Counted from the first letter of the stretch, positions 48,315 through 58,296 are shown. The stretch is 64,000 bases of DNA from an uncultured Alphaproteobacteria bacterium (GCA_944391475.1 CALXTR010000004.1:25807-89806), one strand, 5' to 3'. A program made the numbers and translations. The notes: generated by a model not told the origin, from the letters alone.

Positions 48315-50137
48315 TTAGATGATTGTTCCAAGCTTTCTTTTAGCATTTGGAGCTCAAGCCACATATTTTCTTTGTCTTCTTTTTGCCGGTTTAATTCTTC
48401 CAATTCTTTACTTAAGCGGCCAAACTCTTCAGGATTTTGGAGATACAAATTGCTATCAGAAAGAGCTTGTTCATTTTGATAAATTTTGGCTTCTAACTGT
48501 TCAATTTCCTCAGGCAGCACATTTAGCAGTCGTTGCTGATTGTAACTTAACCGCACCATTTTCTGCGAAGAAGTGGAGATATTTTTTTCGGGCTCTTTTT
48601 TTATTATCTTTTTAACCGCACCTACTCCGGCAGAAATTTTTTGTTCAGACAGTTTGCTCAGCAAATCGCTATAACTTCCGGCATGCTCATAGACCGTACC
48701 GTTACCCGGCATATAAATTACTGAAGTGACCACACGGTCAATAAAATCTCGGTCGTGACTGACTAACAGCACCGTTCCGCTATAATCATCTAAGACTTCT
48801 TGCAACAAGTCTAATGTATCCATATCCAAGTCATTTGTTGGCTCGTCTAAAACCAAAAAGTTTGACGGCTGTGCTAAAGCTACCGCCAGCATAAGCCGAT
48901 TTTTCTCACCACCTGATAAAGCCGAAACAGGGCATTGCGCTTGGTCGGGACGGAACAAAAAGTCCTTCAGATAGGCCACGACATGACGATACTGTCCTCG
49001 CACCCAAATATGATCACCTTTACCACACAAGGTTTGCCACAAGGTCTTTTTGGGGTCAAGCGTGATGCGATTTTGGTCAAAGTAGGCTTCTTCCAAATTT
49101 TTACCTAAGCGCACAAAACCGCTATCGGGCTCAATGCGTTTGGTCAACAATTTAATTAGAGTAGTTTTGCCGGCACCATTGGGACCAACAATGCCTATTT
49201 TATTGCCCTTGATTATCCGAATCGAGAAATCTTTAACCAATTCCCTATCGCCATAGCTTTTATAAATATGTTTGGCTTCAATAACCAATTTGGAACGAAA
49301 ATCGCCCTCAGCAATCTCCAAATCGACACTACCAATACGCTTTATCTGCTCTTTACGCTCTTGACGAAGCTGCTGCAAACGTCTAAGCCGCCCCATATTG
49401 CGGCGACGTCGAGCGGTGACGCCTTTGTGTAGCCACTCGGTTTCTTCTTCAATCTTCTTGTTTAAGTATTTTTGCTCAATAATCTCTTGTTCAATGACTT
49501 GTTCTTGCCACTCTTCAAAATACTTAAAACCGCGATTGTTACGGCGCAAAATTCCTCTATCGAGCCAAAACATGGTTTGTGACACGTGGCTTAAAAACAT
49601 TCGGTCATGAGATATGACTATTACTGCTCCACGAAAATCGGCAATAATTTGCTCTAATATTTCAATAGATGGCATATCCAAATGGTTGGTCGGCTCATCT
49701 AAGAGTAAAATATCTGGCTCGCCTATCAGGGCTTTTGCCAATGCGGCTTTACGTCTTTCCCCTCCGGAGGACTCAAAAGGAGCGCTATCGGCAGCAATAG
49801 AAAATTTCTCAATTAAAATATCGGCTTGATAATCTTGACTACCATCTTGATTTAAAAGTCCCGATTTTACAACATCGCGCAGAGTAGCATAGCCTTCAAA
49901 ATCTGGCTCTTGCGGCATATAGGCAATGCGTAGTCCGGGCTGCATAAAAATTTCGGATTTATCAGCCTCGATTACTCCGGCAATCACTTTAAGGAGGGTA
50001 GACTTACCTGAACCATTGCGTCCAACCAGCGAAATTTTATCGCCGCGGTTAATATACAAGTCTACATTTGAAAACAACTGATTGGTGCCAAAACTAAGGG
50101 CGGCACCTTTTAAGGTATAAATAGGAGCTTCGGCCAT
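48311..50137 (-). CDS. ABC-F family ATPase (Uup/EttA-like, two ABC domains)
   Basis: Two nucleotide-binding domains with Walker A motifs (GRNGSGKST and GPNGAGKTT) and ABC signature motifs (LSGGERRKAALAKAL and LSGGEKNRLMLAVAL). A C-terminal coiled coil follows. Confidence 0.85.
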   Translation of the reverse strand: MAEAPIYTLKGAALSFGTNQLFSNVDLYINRGDKISLVGRNGSGKSTLLKVIAGVIEADKSEIFMQPGLRIAYMPQEPDFEGYATLRDVVKSGLLNQDGSQDYQADILIEKFSIAADSAPFESSGGERRKAALAKALIGEPDILLLDEPTNHLDMPSIEILEQIIADFRGAVIVISHDRMFLSHVSQTMFWLDRGILRRNNRGFKYFEEWQEQVIEQEIIEQKYLNKKIEEETEWLHKGVTARRRRNMGRLRRLQQLRQERKEQIKRIGSVDLEIAEGDFRSKLVIEAKHIYKSYGDRELVKDFSIRIIKGNKIGIVGPNGAGKTTLIKLLTKRIEPDSGFVRLGKNLEEAYFDQNRITLDPKKTLWQTLCGKGDHIWVRGQYRHVVAYLKDFLFRPDQAQCPVSALSGGEKNRLMLAVALAQPSNFLVLDEPTNDLDMDTLDLLQEVLDDYSGTVLLVSHDRDFIDRVVTSVIYMPGNGTVYEHAGSYSDLLSKLSEQKISAGVGAVKKIIKKEPEKNISTSSQKMVRLSYNQQRLLNVLPEEIEQLEAKIYQNEQALSDSNLYLQNPEEFGRLSKELEELNRQKEDKENMWLELQMLKESLEQSSN

Positions 50138-50139
50138 AA

Positions 50140-50556
50140 TTAGATATCTTCATCAATTAGTCTGCTGCCATCGACCTGCCACTCAAGCCCCCTGGCCGCC
50201 CAGAGGAAAAAATCATCTATTTTTTCAGCCTTAAGCCCTATCTTGGTGCCAATTTCATAAATTTCTCCAATTTCTTGGTCACTTAAATCGTGATCGGCAG
50301 CTGCAAGCAGTATCATATCTCTTAGCATACTGCGCTTGGTGCGAACAGATGGAATCGGCAGCAAAAGTTTTATCAATTCTGCTGATGAACGAACTTTTTT
50401 GAGTTTTGAAAGCGCACATCCCAACTCACGAGCTTTGTTTTTCATAAACTCTTTTTTAGCATCATTATCTTCGCTATCTAAGGTTAAGATGTATTGCAGA
50501 GCCGTCAAATATAGTTGTTTTTCTGACTCTGACCAAGTGGAGCTTAATTCATTCAT
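50140..50556 (-). CDS. TerB-like/DjlA N-terminal-like small protein
   Basis: 138 aa, helical. The segment LSDQEIGEIYEIGTKIGL is typical of the TerB fold. Its stop abuts the ABC-F start codon (no intergenic gap). Confidence 0.4.
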   Translation of the reverse strand: MNELSSTWSESEKQLYLTALQYILTLDSEDNDAKKEFMKNKARELGCALSKLKKVRSSAELIKLLLPIPSVRTKRSMLRDMILLAAADHDLSDQEIGEIYEIGTKIGLKAEKIDDFFLWAARGLEWQVDGSRLIDEDI

Positions 50557-50683
50557 TGTATTTTTCCCATCACAACTGTTTTATTCGTTTATAGCAGACA
50601 AAATAAAGATTTGCAAAAAAATTATTTTATTATATTATAAAAATAATACGTAACTTAACCAAGAAAAGAGAAAGGGAGCAACT

Positions 50684-51082
50684 ATGCCTCTGAAAATTGA
50701 ACTCAAACCCCACGAGAGTATTATTATCGGCGAAGCGCTGATTACAAATGATGGGGAAAGAACTCGTTTTTATATTGAGGGGAATGTACCGATCTTGCGT
50801 GAAAAATTTATCTTGCGTGAAAATGAAGCAAACACACCTAGTAAACGGGTGTATTTTGTAGTACAACAAATGTATTTGTCACGCGACCCCAGAAAACTGC
50901 AAGATATTTATTTGGACTATGTGCGCGATTTACAAAATGCCGCACCAAGCTTGATTCCATATATCAACCCCGTAAATGAAAATATTTTGAATAATGATTA
51001 TTATTCAGCAATTAAAGAAGCCAGTAAGTTGGTTGCCAAAGAAGAAGAGCTATTTGGCGAAGCATTACGCGGAAATATTTAA
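50684..51082 (+). CDS. flbT: Flagellin synthesis regulator FlbT
   Basis: MPLKIELKPHESIIIGEALITNDGERTRFYIEGNVPILREKFIL matches the FlbT family N-terminus (MPLKLxLKPGE...NGAV). It lies immediately upstream of flagellin 2. Confidence 0.75.
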   Translation: MPLKIELKPHESIIIGEALITNDGERTRFYIEGNVPILREKFILRENEANTPSKRVYFVVQQMYLSRDPRKLQDIYLDYVRDLQNAAPSLIPYINPVNENILNNDYYSAIKEASKLVAKEEELFGEALRGNI

Positions 51083-51106
51083 GAAAAATTAAGCCGAAAT
51101 CTTAAG

Positions 51107-51134
51107 ACATCGCCTTTGGGCGATGTTTTTTTTA
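51107..51134 (+). terminator. Rho-independent terminator after flbT
   Basis: The hairpin ACATCGCCTTTGGGCGATGT is followed by TTTTTTTT. Confidence 0.65.
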
Positions 51135-51246
51135 TTTTTTTCTTTAACTTTCTGTTAATAAAATTTAATTTTTTATTTACACTTTTTAGTTTTTTCTTCT
51201 AACCTAAGGCTAGAATTCTTAGTAGTCCAATTTTTGGAGATATAAA

Positions 51247-52629
51247 ATGGCTGATATTTCATTAACCGCAAGTATGCGTTCTAACCTTTTATCTTTGCAG
51301 AACACTCAGTCTTTGATGGACATGACACAAGAGCGTCTTTCCACCGGAAAAAAGGTTAACTCTGCAATTGATAACCCTACTTCTTACTATGCTTCTCAAT
51401 CTTTAACAAATAGAGCTGGCGACTTAAATGCTCTGCTTGATAGTATGGGACAGGCTATCCAAACGATTAAAGCTGCAAATGAAGGTATTGAAGCAATTAC
51501 GTCTTTTGCCGAACAAGCTAAAGCTATTGTTAACTCGGCAAGAGATATTCCGAGCAATTATGATAAATATTCCATCACTTCTAATGATGTGAGTGATGCT
51601 GGTTTGGCTGCCGATGATGTGTTGATTGTGGACAGTCGTACAGATATGAGCGAGTTTACTCTCACTTTCGGCGCTGCTGATGCAGAGCAAAAGTTTAATG
51701 TCTATGTCAACGGAGAAGCTCATGAAGTGGCGCTGGAAGCAACTTCAACTGATGCTGCTAAGGCTGCCGCAGACGCTAAAACTAAGCTGCAAGCTTTGGG
51801 CTTGATTGTAGAAGATGGTGATGCTGCTGGTTCATTAAATGTGCGATCCAAAGACGGTTCGGATATCTATTGGATTAATGATGGGACTGATGGTATCGGA
51901 ACTGCAACAACCGCCGCAAAAAGCGTTACATTAGAGGCAGCCGACATTGCAAACTCTGCTGCTTTGGCCGCAAAACTGACTACCGGATTGGGGACAACCG
52001 CTACGGTTGAGGTGAATGCCGACCAAATTACCATTATGGCGGAAGGAAAAGAGTTTGTGGTGGCCGGAGATGCTGCCGATAAGCTCAATATGGCCGACAG
52101 CCGTAAATCAGGAAATGCAAATGAGCCTGTGGCAGAGCGCGTTAGCTATGCTGAACAGTTTAACAAAATTTTGGTGCAGATTGATCAGCTGGCTCAAGAC
52201 TCCGGTTATAAAGGGGTTAACCTCTTGCAAGAAAATGACCTGAAAGTTATTTTCAATGAATACAGAACTTCTGATTTGATTGTGGAAGGCAAGGATGCAT
52301 CGACCAAAGGGCTGCAAATGTCTGAGGCTGTGGGCGATTGGCAAAAAGATGCCGATTTGGAAATTTCTTTACAACAAGTGGAAGATGCTATTAATACACT
52401 TAGAACTATGGCTTCTGAATTTGGTACTAACTACTCAATTATTCAAAGCCGCGAAGACTTTACTGAAAACTTGGTCAATGTGTTGGAAGAAGGTTCCGAC
52501 AAGTTAGTCTTGGCCGATATGAACGAAGAATCGGCTAATATGTTAGCTCTGCAAACAAGACAGCAACTTGCGATTAACTCTTTGAGTTTGGCTTCGCAAG
52601 CAGCTCAAGCAGTGCTCAAATTATTCTAA
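51247..52629 (+). CDS. Flagellin (460 aa, longer central domain)
   Basis: The N- and C-termini are nearly identical to flagellin 1. The central region is divergent and longer. Confidence 0.9.
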   Translation: MADISLTASMRSNLLSLQNTQSLMDMTQERLSTGKKVNSAIDNPTSYYASQSLTNRAGDLNALLDSMGQAIQTIKAANEGIEAITSFAEQAKAIVNSARDIPSNYDKYSITSNDVSDAGLAADDVLIVDSRTDMSEFTLTFGAADAEQKFNVYVNGEAHEVALEATSTDAAKAAADAKTKLQALGLIVEDGDAAGSLNVRSKDGSDIYWINDGTDGIGTATTAAKSVTLEAADIANSAALAAKLTTGLGTTATVEVNADQITIMAEGKEFVVAGDAADKLNMADSRKSGNANEPVAERVSYAEQFNKILVQIDQLAQDSGYKGVNLLQENDLKVIFNEYRTSDLIVEGKDASTKGLQMSEAVGDWQKDADLEISLQQVEDAINTLRTMASEFGTNYSIIQSREDFTENLVNVLEEGSDKLVLADMNEESANMLALQTRQQLAINSLSLASQAAQAVLKLF

Positions 52630-52654
52630 AGTCTATCTTAATAAATATCAGTCA

Positions 52655-52688
52655 AAAAAAAGCAGAACTCAAAAGTTCTGCTTTTTTT
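52655..52688 (+). terminator. Rho-independent terminator after flagellin 2
   Basis: The hairpin AGCAGAACTCAAAAGTTCTGCT is followed by TTTTTTT. Confidence 0.75.
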
Positions 52689-52789
52689 ATACCCTAGATA
52701 AGATTATTAATAATTGTTTACTAACCAGCGGACAAATTGTTGCCAACCAATTGTAAATTACTAAATGCAATAATTCCTCCCTCTTGAAA

Positions 52790-53797
52790 TTAGCGAGTTT
52801 TCTTTTGTTGGGCGGCAGCCATAGCGGCACGGCTGGCGGCGAGTGACTTATCCAATTTATCAATAAACTTCTGATACTTGATTTTGGTAAACAGGCCTAA
52901 CTTACCATAGTCTTGTTTGGGGATACGAATGTTACCAATCGGCTTTATTCCGACTTCATCGCAGGCTAAAACCAAACGTGCTTTATACTCAGGACTGCTA
53001 ATTTCTCCTAAAGGCATAATATTGCGTCCCATGCGGCGTTCTTCTTGCAAAATAGCCTTAAAATCATCTAGGGTTGGAATGCCCTTGGAATTACTAATCA
53101 CAAGGTCATCAACATTGCGATAATCGTAGGTCGTATCCCCGACTAAAGCACGATAGCCGCCTTTAACCGAAGGCAACTCTTTATAAGGCTTGTTTTGCCT
53201 TTTAGCATAATCTTGCAGAGCCTTGCGGCGTGATGTATAGGCATCTTGCTTTTGAAGGCGAATGACTATTTTCTGAGCTTCTTTAGCGGGCGGAGGAGGA
53301 GTATAGTCATCTTCATAGTTATCTTCCTCGCCATAGCCGTCATCATAATCATCATCATCTGATGAATTGCCTTCATAGCTATATCCATCATCTTCATCAG
53401 AATGCGCGCGACCAAGTTCATCTTCGTACTGATGAAGTTCATGATAAAGACCGGAAAGCTCACGTCGATAATCCTTAACGATACGTTCGCCTTCTTTGAG
53501 GTTGTTGCGAGGAACTTCGGATAATTCTTTATCATAAAAACGTATTTGCTGGCGGTTGTCCCAATATTCGCCGCGCTCTTCAAAATATTCGCCTAAATCG
53601 TTGCGCCATTCGTTTTGGTTACTAATCCATTCATTATAATTGCGTTCGTGATAATCATTAATTTGGGTTTGAATATCGCGCAACTGTTCCCGATAGCCAT
53701 CGTTTTTATATTCTTGATCGGAGATGCGACTTTTGATATCGCGGATTTGGCTTTCTAAATCGCGAATCTTACTTTCTAACTCTGATTTACGGCTCAT
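52790..53797 (-). CDS. Hypothetical coiled-coil protein with an acidic low-complexity region
   Basis: An N-terminal heptad coiled coil (ELESKIRDLESQIRDIKSRI), then an Asp/Glu/Tyr-rich tract (DEDDGYSYEGNSSDDDDYDDGYGEEDNYEDDYTPPPP), then a globular C-terminus. Confidence 0.5.
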   Translation of the reverse strand: MSRKSELESKIRDLESQIRDIKSRISDQEYKNDGYREQLRDIQTQINDYHERNYNEWISNQNEWRNDLGEYFEERGEYWDNRQQIRFYDKELSEVPRNNLKEGERIVKDYRRELSGLYHELHQYEDELGRAHSDEDDGYSYEGNSSDDDDYDDGYGEEDNYEDDYTPPPPAKEAQKIVIRLQKQDAYTSRRKALQDYAKRQNKPYKELPSVKGGYRALVGDTTYDYRNVDDLVISNSKGIPTLDDFKAILQEERRMGRNIMPLGEISSPEYKARLVLACDEVGIKPIGNIRIPKQDYGKLGLFTKIKYQKFIDKLDKSLAASRAAMAAAQQKKTR

Positions 53798-53814
53798 CGG
53801 CTAATTCTCCTAAA

Positions 53815-53850
53815 AAGAAACGGCAGTCAGACAGCTAAGTCCGACTGCCG
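53815..53850. terminator. Bidirectional hairpin terminator between ileS and the coiled-coil gene
   Basis: The hairpin CGGCAGTCAGACAGCTAAGTCCGACTGCCG is flanked by T-runs on both strands. Confidence 0.65.
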
Positions 53851-53870
53851 TCTTTACTTTTTAGTCTATT

Positions 53871-56800
53871 TTACGCTACTTTTGCATCAAAGTAAATAGA
53901 AATTCCTTCAATATCTCCTTTGGTGCCATTATTGCAGCTATTCTCAACCTTAACCGCCAAGACCTGTTCGGCAATGTAGCTTTGGTTCTCGCTTAAAGCC
54001 AAAGACAACTCAGCATTGTCGGTTTGGTAGCACAAATCAATCCGGTCAGAAATGTTGAAGTCTTTGTCCTTGCGCAAAGTTTGAACTAAGCGGACAAAGT
54101 CTCTGGCCATACCTTCGCGGCGAAGCTCGTCGGTAACATTTGTATCTAAGGTTACCACCGCCTTATTATCAGCAAAAGCTAAGCCAGCGACACCTGGTTT
54201 CATCTCCAGACGGACTTCAAACAAATCCGGCGTTAGGGTTTGTCCTGCGATACTTAATGTACCATCGGCATTTAAGGTCCACTGACCTTGTTTATAGGCG
54301 CCCATAACCGGCCCCATATTTTTGCCCAAAGCTTTACCTAACAACGGAGTATAGAGGTAGATGGTTTTGGTAGCATAGTTCTCTAAACAATCATCAAAGC
54401 GAACTTCTTTAACATTGAGCTCATCTTTGACAATGTCTTGATATGCCGGACTTAAGTGCTCGCCAATCAAGGTCAAACTACCCAAAGGCAAACGGTTGCG
54501 GAGATTTTTCTCCTCGCGGATAAACTTACCGGCCGAGCATAGCTCTTGCACAAAATCCATCTCTTTGACCAAAGCCTCATCAAGCTTGATATCGCTCAGG
54601 CTCGGATAGTCAGCCAAATGTACAGATTCTAATCCGGTGAGGTTCTTGTAGATATATTCACTCAAGAACGGCATCAGCGGAGCAATGATTTTGCATACAT
54701 TTACTAAAACAGTATACAAAGTATCAAACGCTTTAACATCGCCCTCCCAGAAACGGTCACGAGTGCGGCGGATATACCAGTTGTTGAGCACCTCAACAAA
54801 TGCGGCCAACTCATTGGTAGCCATGGAAACATCATAGCTTGAGATACCCTCTTTAACCACCAAGCTCAAGCGTTTGAGCTTGGAGAGAATATAATTATCA
54901 ATAGCCTCAGATGATTGGCTGATTTCTTTAGCCTGATAGCCCTCGGCATTGGCATAAAGAGTAAAGAAGTAATAAGCATTCCAAAGCGGGATTTGAGCCA
55001 CGCGGGAAGCCTTGGCAATTTCTTTACCTTCTTTATCAACGGCCAAGTTACCACCTTTTAAGACCGGAGAAGAAACCAAGAACCAACGCAGAGCATCGGA
55101 GCCGATACTATCCAAAACTTCATTCGGGTCAGGATAGTTTTTGAGCCGTTTGGAAAGCTTTTGTCCGCCTTCAGCCATCAGCAAGCCGGTACAAATGCAG
55201 TTTTTGAAGGCCGGGCGATTGTGCAAAGCGGTTGACAACACCGTCAAGGTATAGAACCAACCACGGGTCTGGTCCATGGCCTCGACAATGAAGTCAGCGG
55301 GGAAGTGGCTCTCAAACCACTCCTTATTCTCAAAGGGATAGTGCACTTGAGCATAAGGCATGGAACCACTTTCAAACCAGCAGTCAAACACATCGCCAAC
55401 ACGGCGCATCATGCTTTTACCGGTTGGATCATCAGGATTGGGATAGACCACCTCATCAATGTATGGTTTGTGCAAATCCTTAACCTCAATGCCGGTTTTT
55501 TCTTTAATCTCGGCAAGTGAGCCAAAAACATCTATCCGCGGGTATTGCGGGTTGTCTGATTTCCATACCGGAATCGGCGTACCCCAGAATCGATTACGAG
55601 AAATGGACCAATCGCGGGCGCCTTCCAGCCATTTACCAAAACGGCCGTCTTTAATGTGCTCTGGCACCCAATTTATCTGTTGATTATTTTTGACCATGTC
55701 ATCTCTGAAATCCGTAACCTTAACAAACCAGCTGGACATGGCTTTATAAATCAACGGAGTGTCCGTACGCCAACAGAACGGATAAGAGTGAGTGTATTGC
55801 TCTTTTTTGACCAAGAGGCCATTTTCTTTGAGCCACAGCATTATCGGTTCGTTGGTTTCAAAAACTTGTTTACCCTGATAGTCGGGAACTTCGGCAGTAA
55901 ACTTACCAGCCTCATCAACCGGACAAACTACCGGGAAGTTCTCATCATAAGCACGGCAAGCATCAAAGTCGTCTTGACCAAATCCTGGGGCGATGTGAAC
56001 AACGCCGGTACCGTCTTCGGTTGAAACAAACTCTCCGCTCAAAACCTTGAACGCACCCTTATCTTTGAGGTGTTTGAAATATGGGAACATCGGCTCATAG
56101 CTCATTCCGACCAAGTCGCGACCTTTTAAGTTGCCAACCTTAACGGCTTTTTCGAGCTGTTTTTTGTAGCGCCCCAACAAGGCCTCAGCCAAGATATATT
56201 TCTGGCCGTCTTCTTCCATTATCGCATAGTCAATATCTAGCCCCACAGCCAACATCAAGTTTGAGGGCAAAGTCCAAGGAGTGGTGGTCCAGACCAAAAT
56301 GTTCATGCCGTTTTCGAGCTTAAACATTACGGTAATGGCGTTATCGGTTTTATCTTGGTAGCCCTGATTGACCTCAAAGTTTGACAACGGAGTTTCGGCC
56401 GCCCAAGAATAGGGCAACACCCGATAATCCTCATATACCAAACCCTTATCGTAGAGTTGTTTGAAGTTGGAAATGACGCTTTCCATAAACGAGAGGTTCA
56501 TGGTTTTGTAGTCATTATTGAAATCTACCCAACGGCCGATGCGTTTGAACATATCAACCCAGATATTGGAATATTTCAACACGTCTTGGCGGCAGAAATT
56601 ATTAAACTTTTCGACCCCATATTCTTCAATTTGCTTGCGGCCGGACACCCCCAACTGCTTTTCGGCAGACATTTCGGCCGGAAGTCCGTGGCAGTCCCAA
56701 CCCAAGCGGCGTTCAACCTTTTTGCCCAACATGGTCTGGAAACGAGCGACCACGTCTTTGACATAGGACACCATTATATGTCCATAGTGCGGTGTGCCGT

Positions 56801-56960
56801 TGGCGAACGGAGGACCATCATAAAAAACAAATTCTTCGGCGCCGCTACGTTGGGTGACCGATTTTTCAAAGGTTTTATTTTCTTCCCAAAATTTGAGAAC
56901 TTCTTTTTCAAGCTCGACAAAGTCGGCCTTGGCTTTGACTTCTTTATAGTATTTGCTCAT
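53871..56960 (-). CDS. ileS: Isoleucyl-tRNA synthetase, type 2 (eukaryote-like form)
   Basis: A 1029-aa protein. A HIGH-region variant (PPFANGTPHYGHIM), a KMSKS variant (KLSKRLKNYPDP), the CP1 editing domain and the type-2 C-terminal architecture are present. Confidence 0.95.
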   Translation of the reverse strand: MSKYYKEVKAKADFVELEKEVLKFWEENKTFEKSVTQRSGAEEFVFYDGPPFANGTPHYGHIMVSYVKDVVARFQTMLGKKVERRLGWDCHGLPAEMSAEKQLGVSGRKQIEEYGVEKFNNFCRQDVLKYSNIWVDMFKRIGRWVDFNNDYKTMNLSFMESVISNFKQLYDKGLVYEDYRVLPYSWAAETPLSNFEVNQGYQDKTDNAITVMFKLENGMNILVWTTTPWTLPSNLMLAVGLDIDYAIMEEDGQKYILAEALLGRYKKQLEKAVKVGNLKGRDLVGMSYEPMFPYFKHLKDKGAFKVLSGEFVSTEDGTGVVHIAPGFGQDDFDACRAYDENFPVVCPVDEAGKFTAEVPDYQGKQVFETNEPIMLWLKENGLLVKKEQYTHSYPFCWRTDTPLIYKAMSSWFVKVTDFRDDMVKNNQQINWVPEHIKDGRFGKWLEGARDWSISRNRFWGTPIPVWKSDNPQYPRIDVFGSLAEIKEKTGIEVKDLHKPYIDEVVYPNPDDPTGKSMMRRVGDVFDCWFESGSMPYAQVHYPFENKEWFESHFPADFIVEAMDQTRGWFYTLTVLSTALHNRPAFKNCICTGLLMAEGGQKLSKRLKNYPDPNEVLDSIGSDALRWFLVSSPVLKGGNLAVDKEGKEIAKASRVAQIPLWNAYYFFTLYANAEGYQAKEISQSSEAIDNYILSKLKRLSLVVKEGISSYDVSMATNELAAFVEVLNNWYIRRTRDRFWEGDVKAFDTLYTVLVNVCKIIAPLMPFLSEYIYKNLTGLESVHLADYPSLSDIKLDEALVKEMDFVQELCSAGKFIREEKNLRNRLPLGSLTLIGEHLSPAYQDIVKDELNVKEVRFDDCLENYATKTIYLYTPLLGKALGKNMGPVMGAYKQGQWTLNADGTLSIAGQTLTPDLFEVRLEMKPGVAGLAFADNKAVVTLDTNVTDELRREGMARDFVRLVQTLRKDKDFNISDRIDLCYQTDNAELSLALSENQSYIAEQVLAVKVENSCNNGTKGDIEGISIYFDAKVA

Positions 56961-57190
56961 CTTTGATATTACCCACAGATGTTATAAGGTTAAAATGATT
57001 AATCAGATTAAGAAAAAAGAAATGTTTTTGATATACGCAAAGAATCCCCTTAGGGGATAATAATCAGAGGAATGTGATGTATAAACAAGTGTTGCATTTG
57101 CGTATCTAAAGATAAATTAACTTAACTCGTTGCTAACGTTAATACAAGAATCCACCGGAGTCAAGGGCTTATATTCTAATTTGCGAAAGA

Positions 57191-57224
57191 AAAAAGAGCT
57201 GCCGCAGATAGGCGACAGCTCTTA
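57191..57224 (-). terminator. Rho-independent terminator downstream of the Tyr-rich lipoprotein gene
   Basis: The minus strand shows the hairpin AGAGCTG...CAGCTCT followed by TTTTTT. Confidence 0.5.
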
Positions 57225-57239
57225 ATAGTTTGGCTTCAA

Positions 57240-57626
57240 TTAGTAATCATTAAGGTGCACGACTATACGGGCACCATGATAATTACAACTGATAGAGCGC
57301 CCGTTGTTGTAGACATATGTCTGATAGGGGGCCATGGTAGCATATCCGGGAAGGTCGTAGCCAACTAGTGGATAATACTGATATCTCTCCAAACGAACAG
57401 ACACCAAAAAATCGGCATTGGTCGTAAAGTAGAGGATATTACCCCATTCATACACATAGCCGTCAAAACGGGCCGGGCCGGCGCGATAATAAAAGTTGGG
57501 ATAACCACCGATATACTCCATATACAAGTACTCGGTTGTATAATACAAAATGTCATCAACAATACGATAACATGAACTCAACCCTAAACTCATGGACGCC
57601 ACTAATAATAATAAAAGCTTTTTCAT
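57240..57626 (-). CDS. Tyrosine-rich small lipoprotein, hypothetical
   Basis: A signal peptide with the lipobox MKKLLLLLVASMSLGLSSC. The mature protein is about 20% Tyr (YYTTEYLYMEYIGGYPNFYY...). The ATG is at 57626. Confidence 0.5.
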   Translation of the reverse strand: MKKLLLLLVASMSLGLSSCYRIVDDILYYTTEYLYMEYIGGYPNFYYRAGPARFDGYVYEWGNILYFTTNADFLVSVRLERYQYYPLVGYDLPGYATMAPYQTYVYNNGRSISCNYHGARIVVHLNDY

Positions 57627-57727
57627 ATACATAGGATTTAAATTAATAATCAGAAATTGCGTTTTTGTTATAGCATATTTTATAGACAAAGTCTAGCCAA
57701 AAAAAATATTTTTTAATTAAAACAAAG

Positions 57728-57763
57728 AAAAGCCTCTTTCCCGTCGAGTGGAAAGAGGCTTTT
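57728..57763. terminator. Strong GC hairpin with flanking T-runs in an ORF-free region (orphan terminator)
   Basis: AAAGCCTCTTTCCCGTCGAGTGGAAAGAGGCTTTTT. No annotated CDS ends here on either strand. Confidence 0.4.
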
Positions 57764-58296
57764 TGTCTTATCAAAGCAAATTTAGGTAAAGGAACCCATG
57801 GCTCTTGCGGCAAGATTAAGATATGGCACATTCTTGCGGCACGCTTCTTCATTACTCACCATGGTAGTTTCGTCATGAGGCACGCCTTTACATAACAACA
57901 TATTAACGGCGGAAAGTCACTTTTTCAAACAAAAGCTGTTCCCCAGGTTCCGAGACAAACTTTCGCTTTTCACTACTTGTTTGTACTTATGCCGAACTTC
58001 CGATAAAACCATCCGTTAATTTTAGCTCGCTTGCCAAAATAAACGGCGAATAGTATCCGCATACCAAGCTAAGTTCAAAATGCAATAAAAAAGTGATTGA
58101 AACATATACCGGATTAAAACCAACGGATAGCTAACCATAATTATACGCAAATACTAATTCAAAAGTAGGCTTAGTTATAGTGAAGTTCACGAAATTGTCA
58201 AGTTTTATTTTTTTAATTTGACTTTTGAAAATTGCGAACTATTGTACGTGAACAACATGATATTTTTTTATTAATTAACATATTAATTATTAGGTT

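Noticed and set aside
56457-56966. 169-aa plus-strand ORF inside ileS
   Set aside because: A shadow ORF antisense to ileS.
57643-57852. 69-aa minus-strand ORF
   Set aside because: It spans the orphan terminator hairpin, has a low-complexity sequence and has no RBS.
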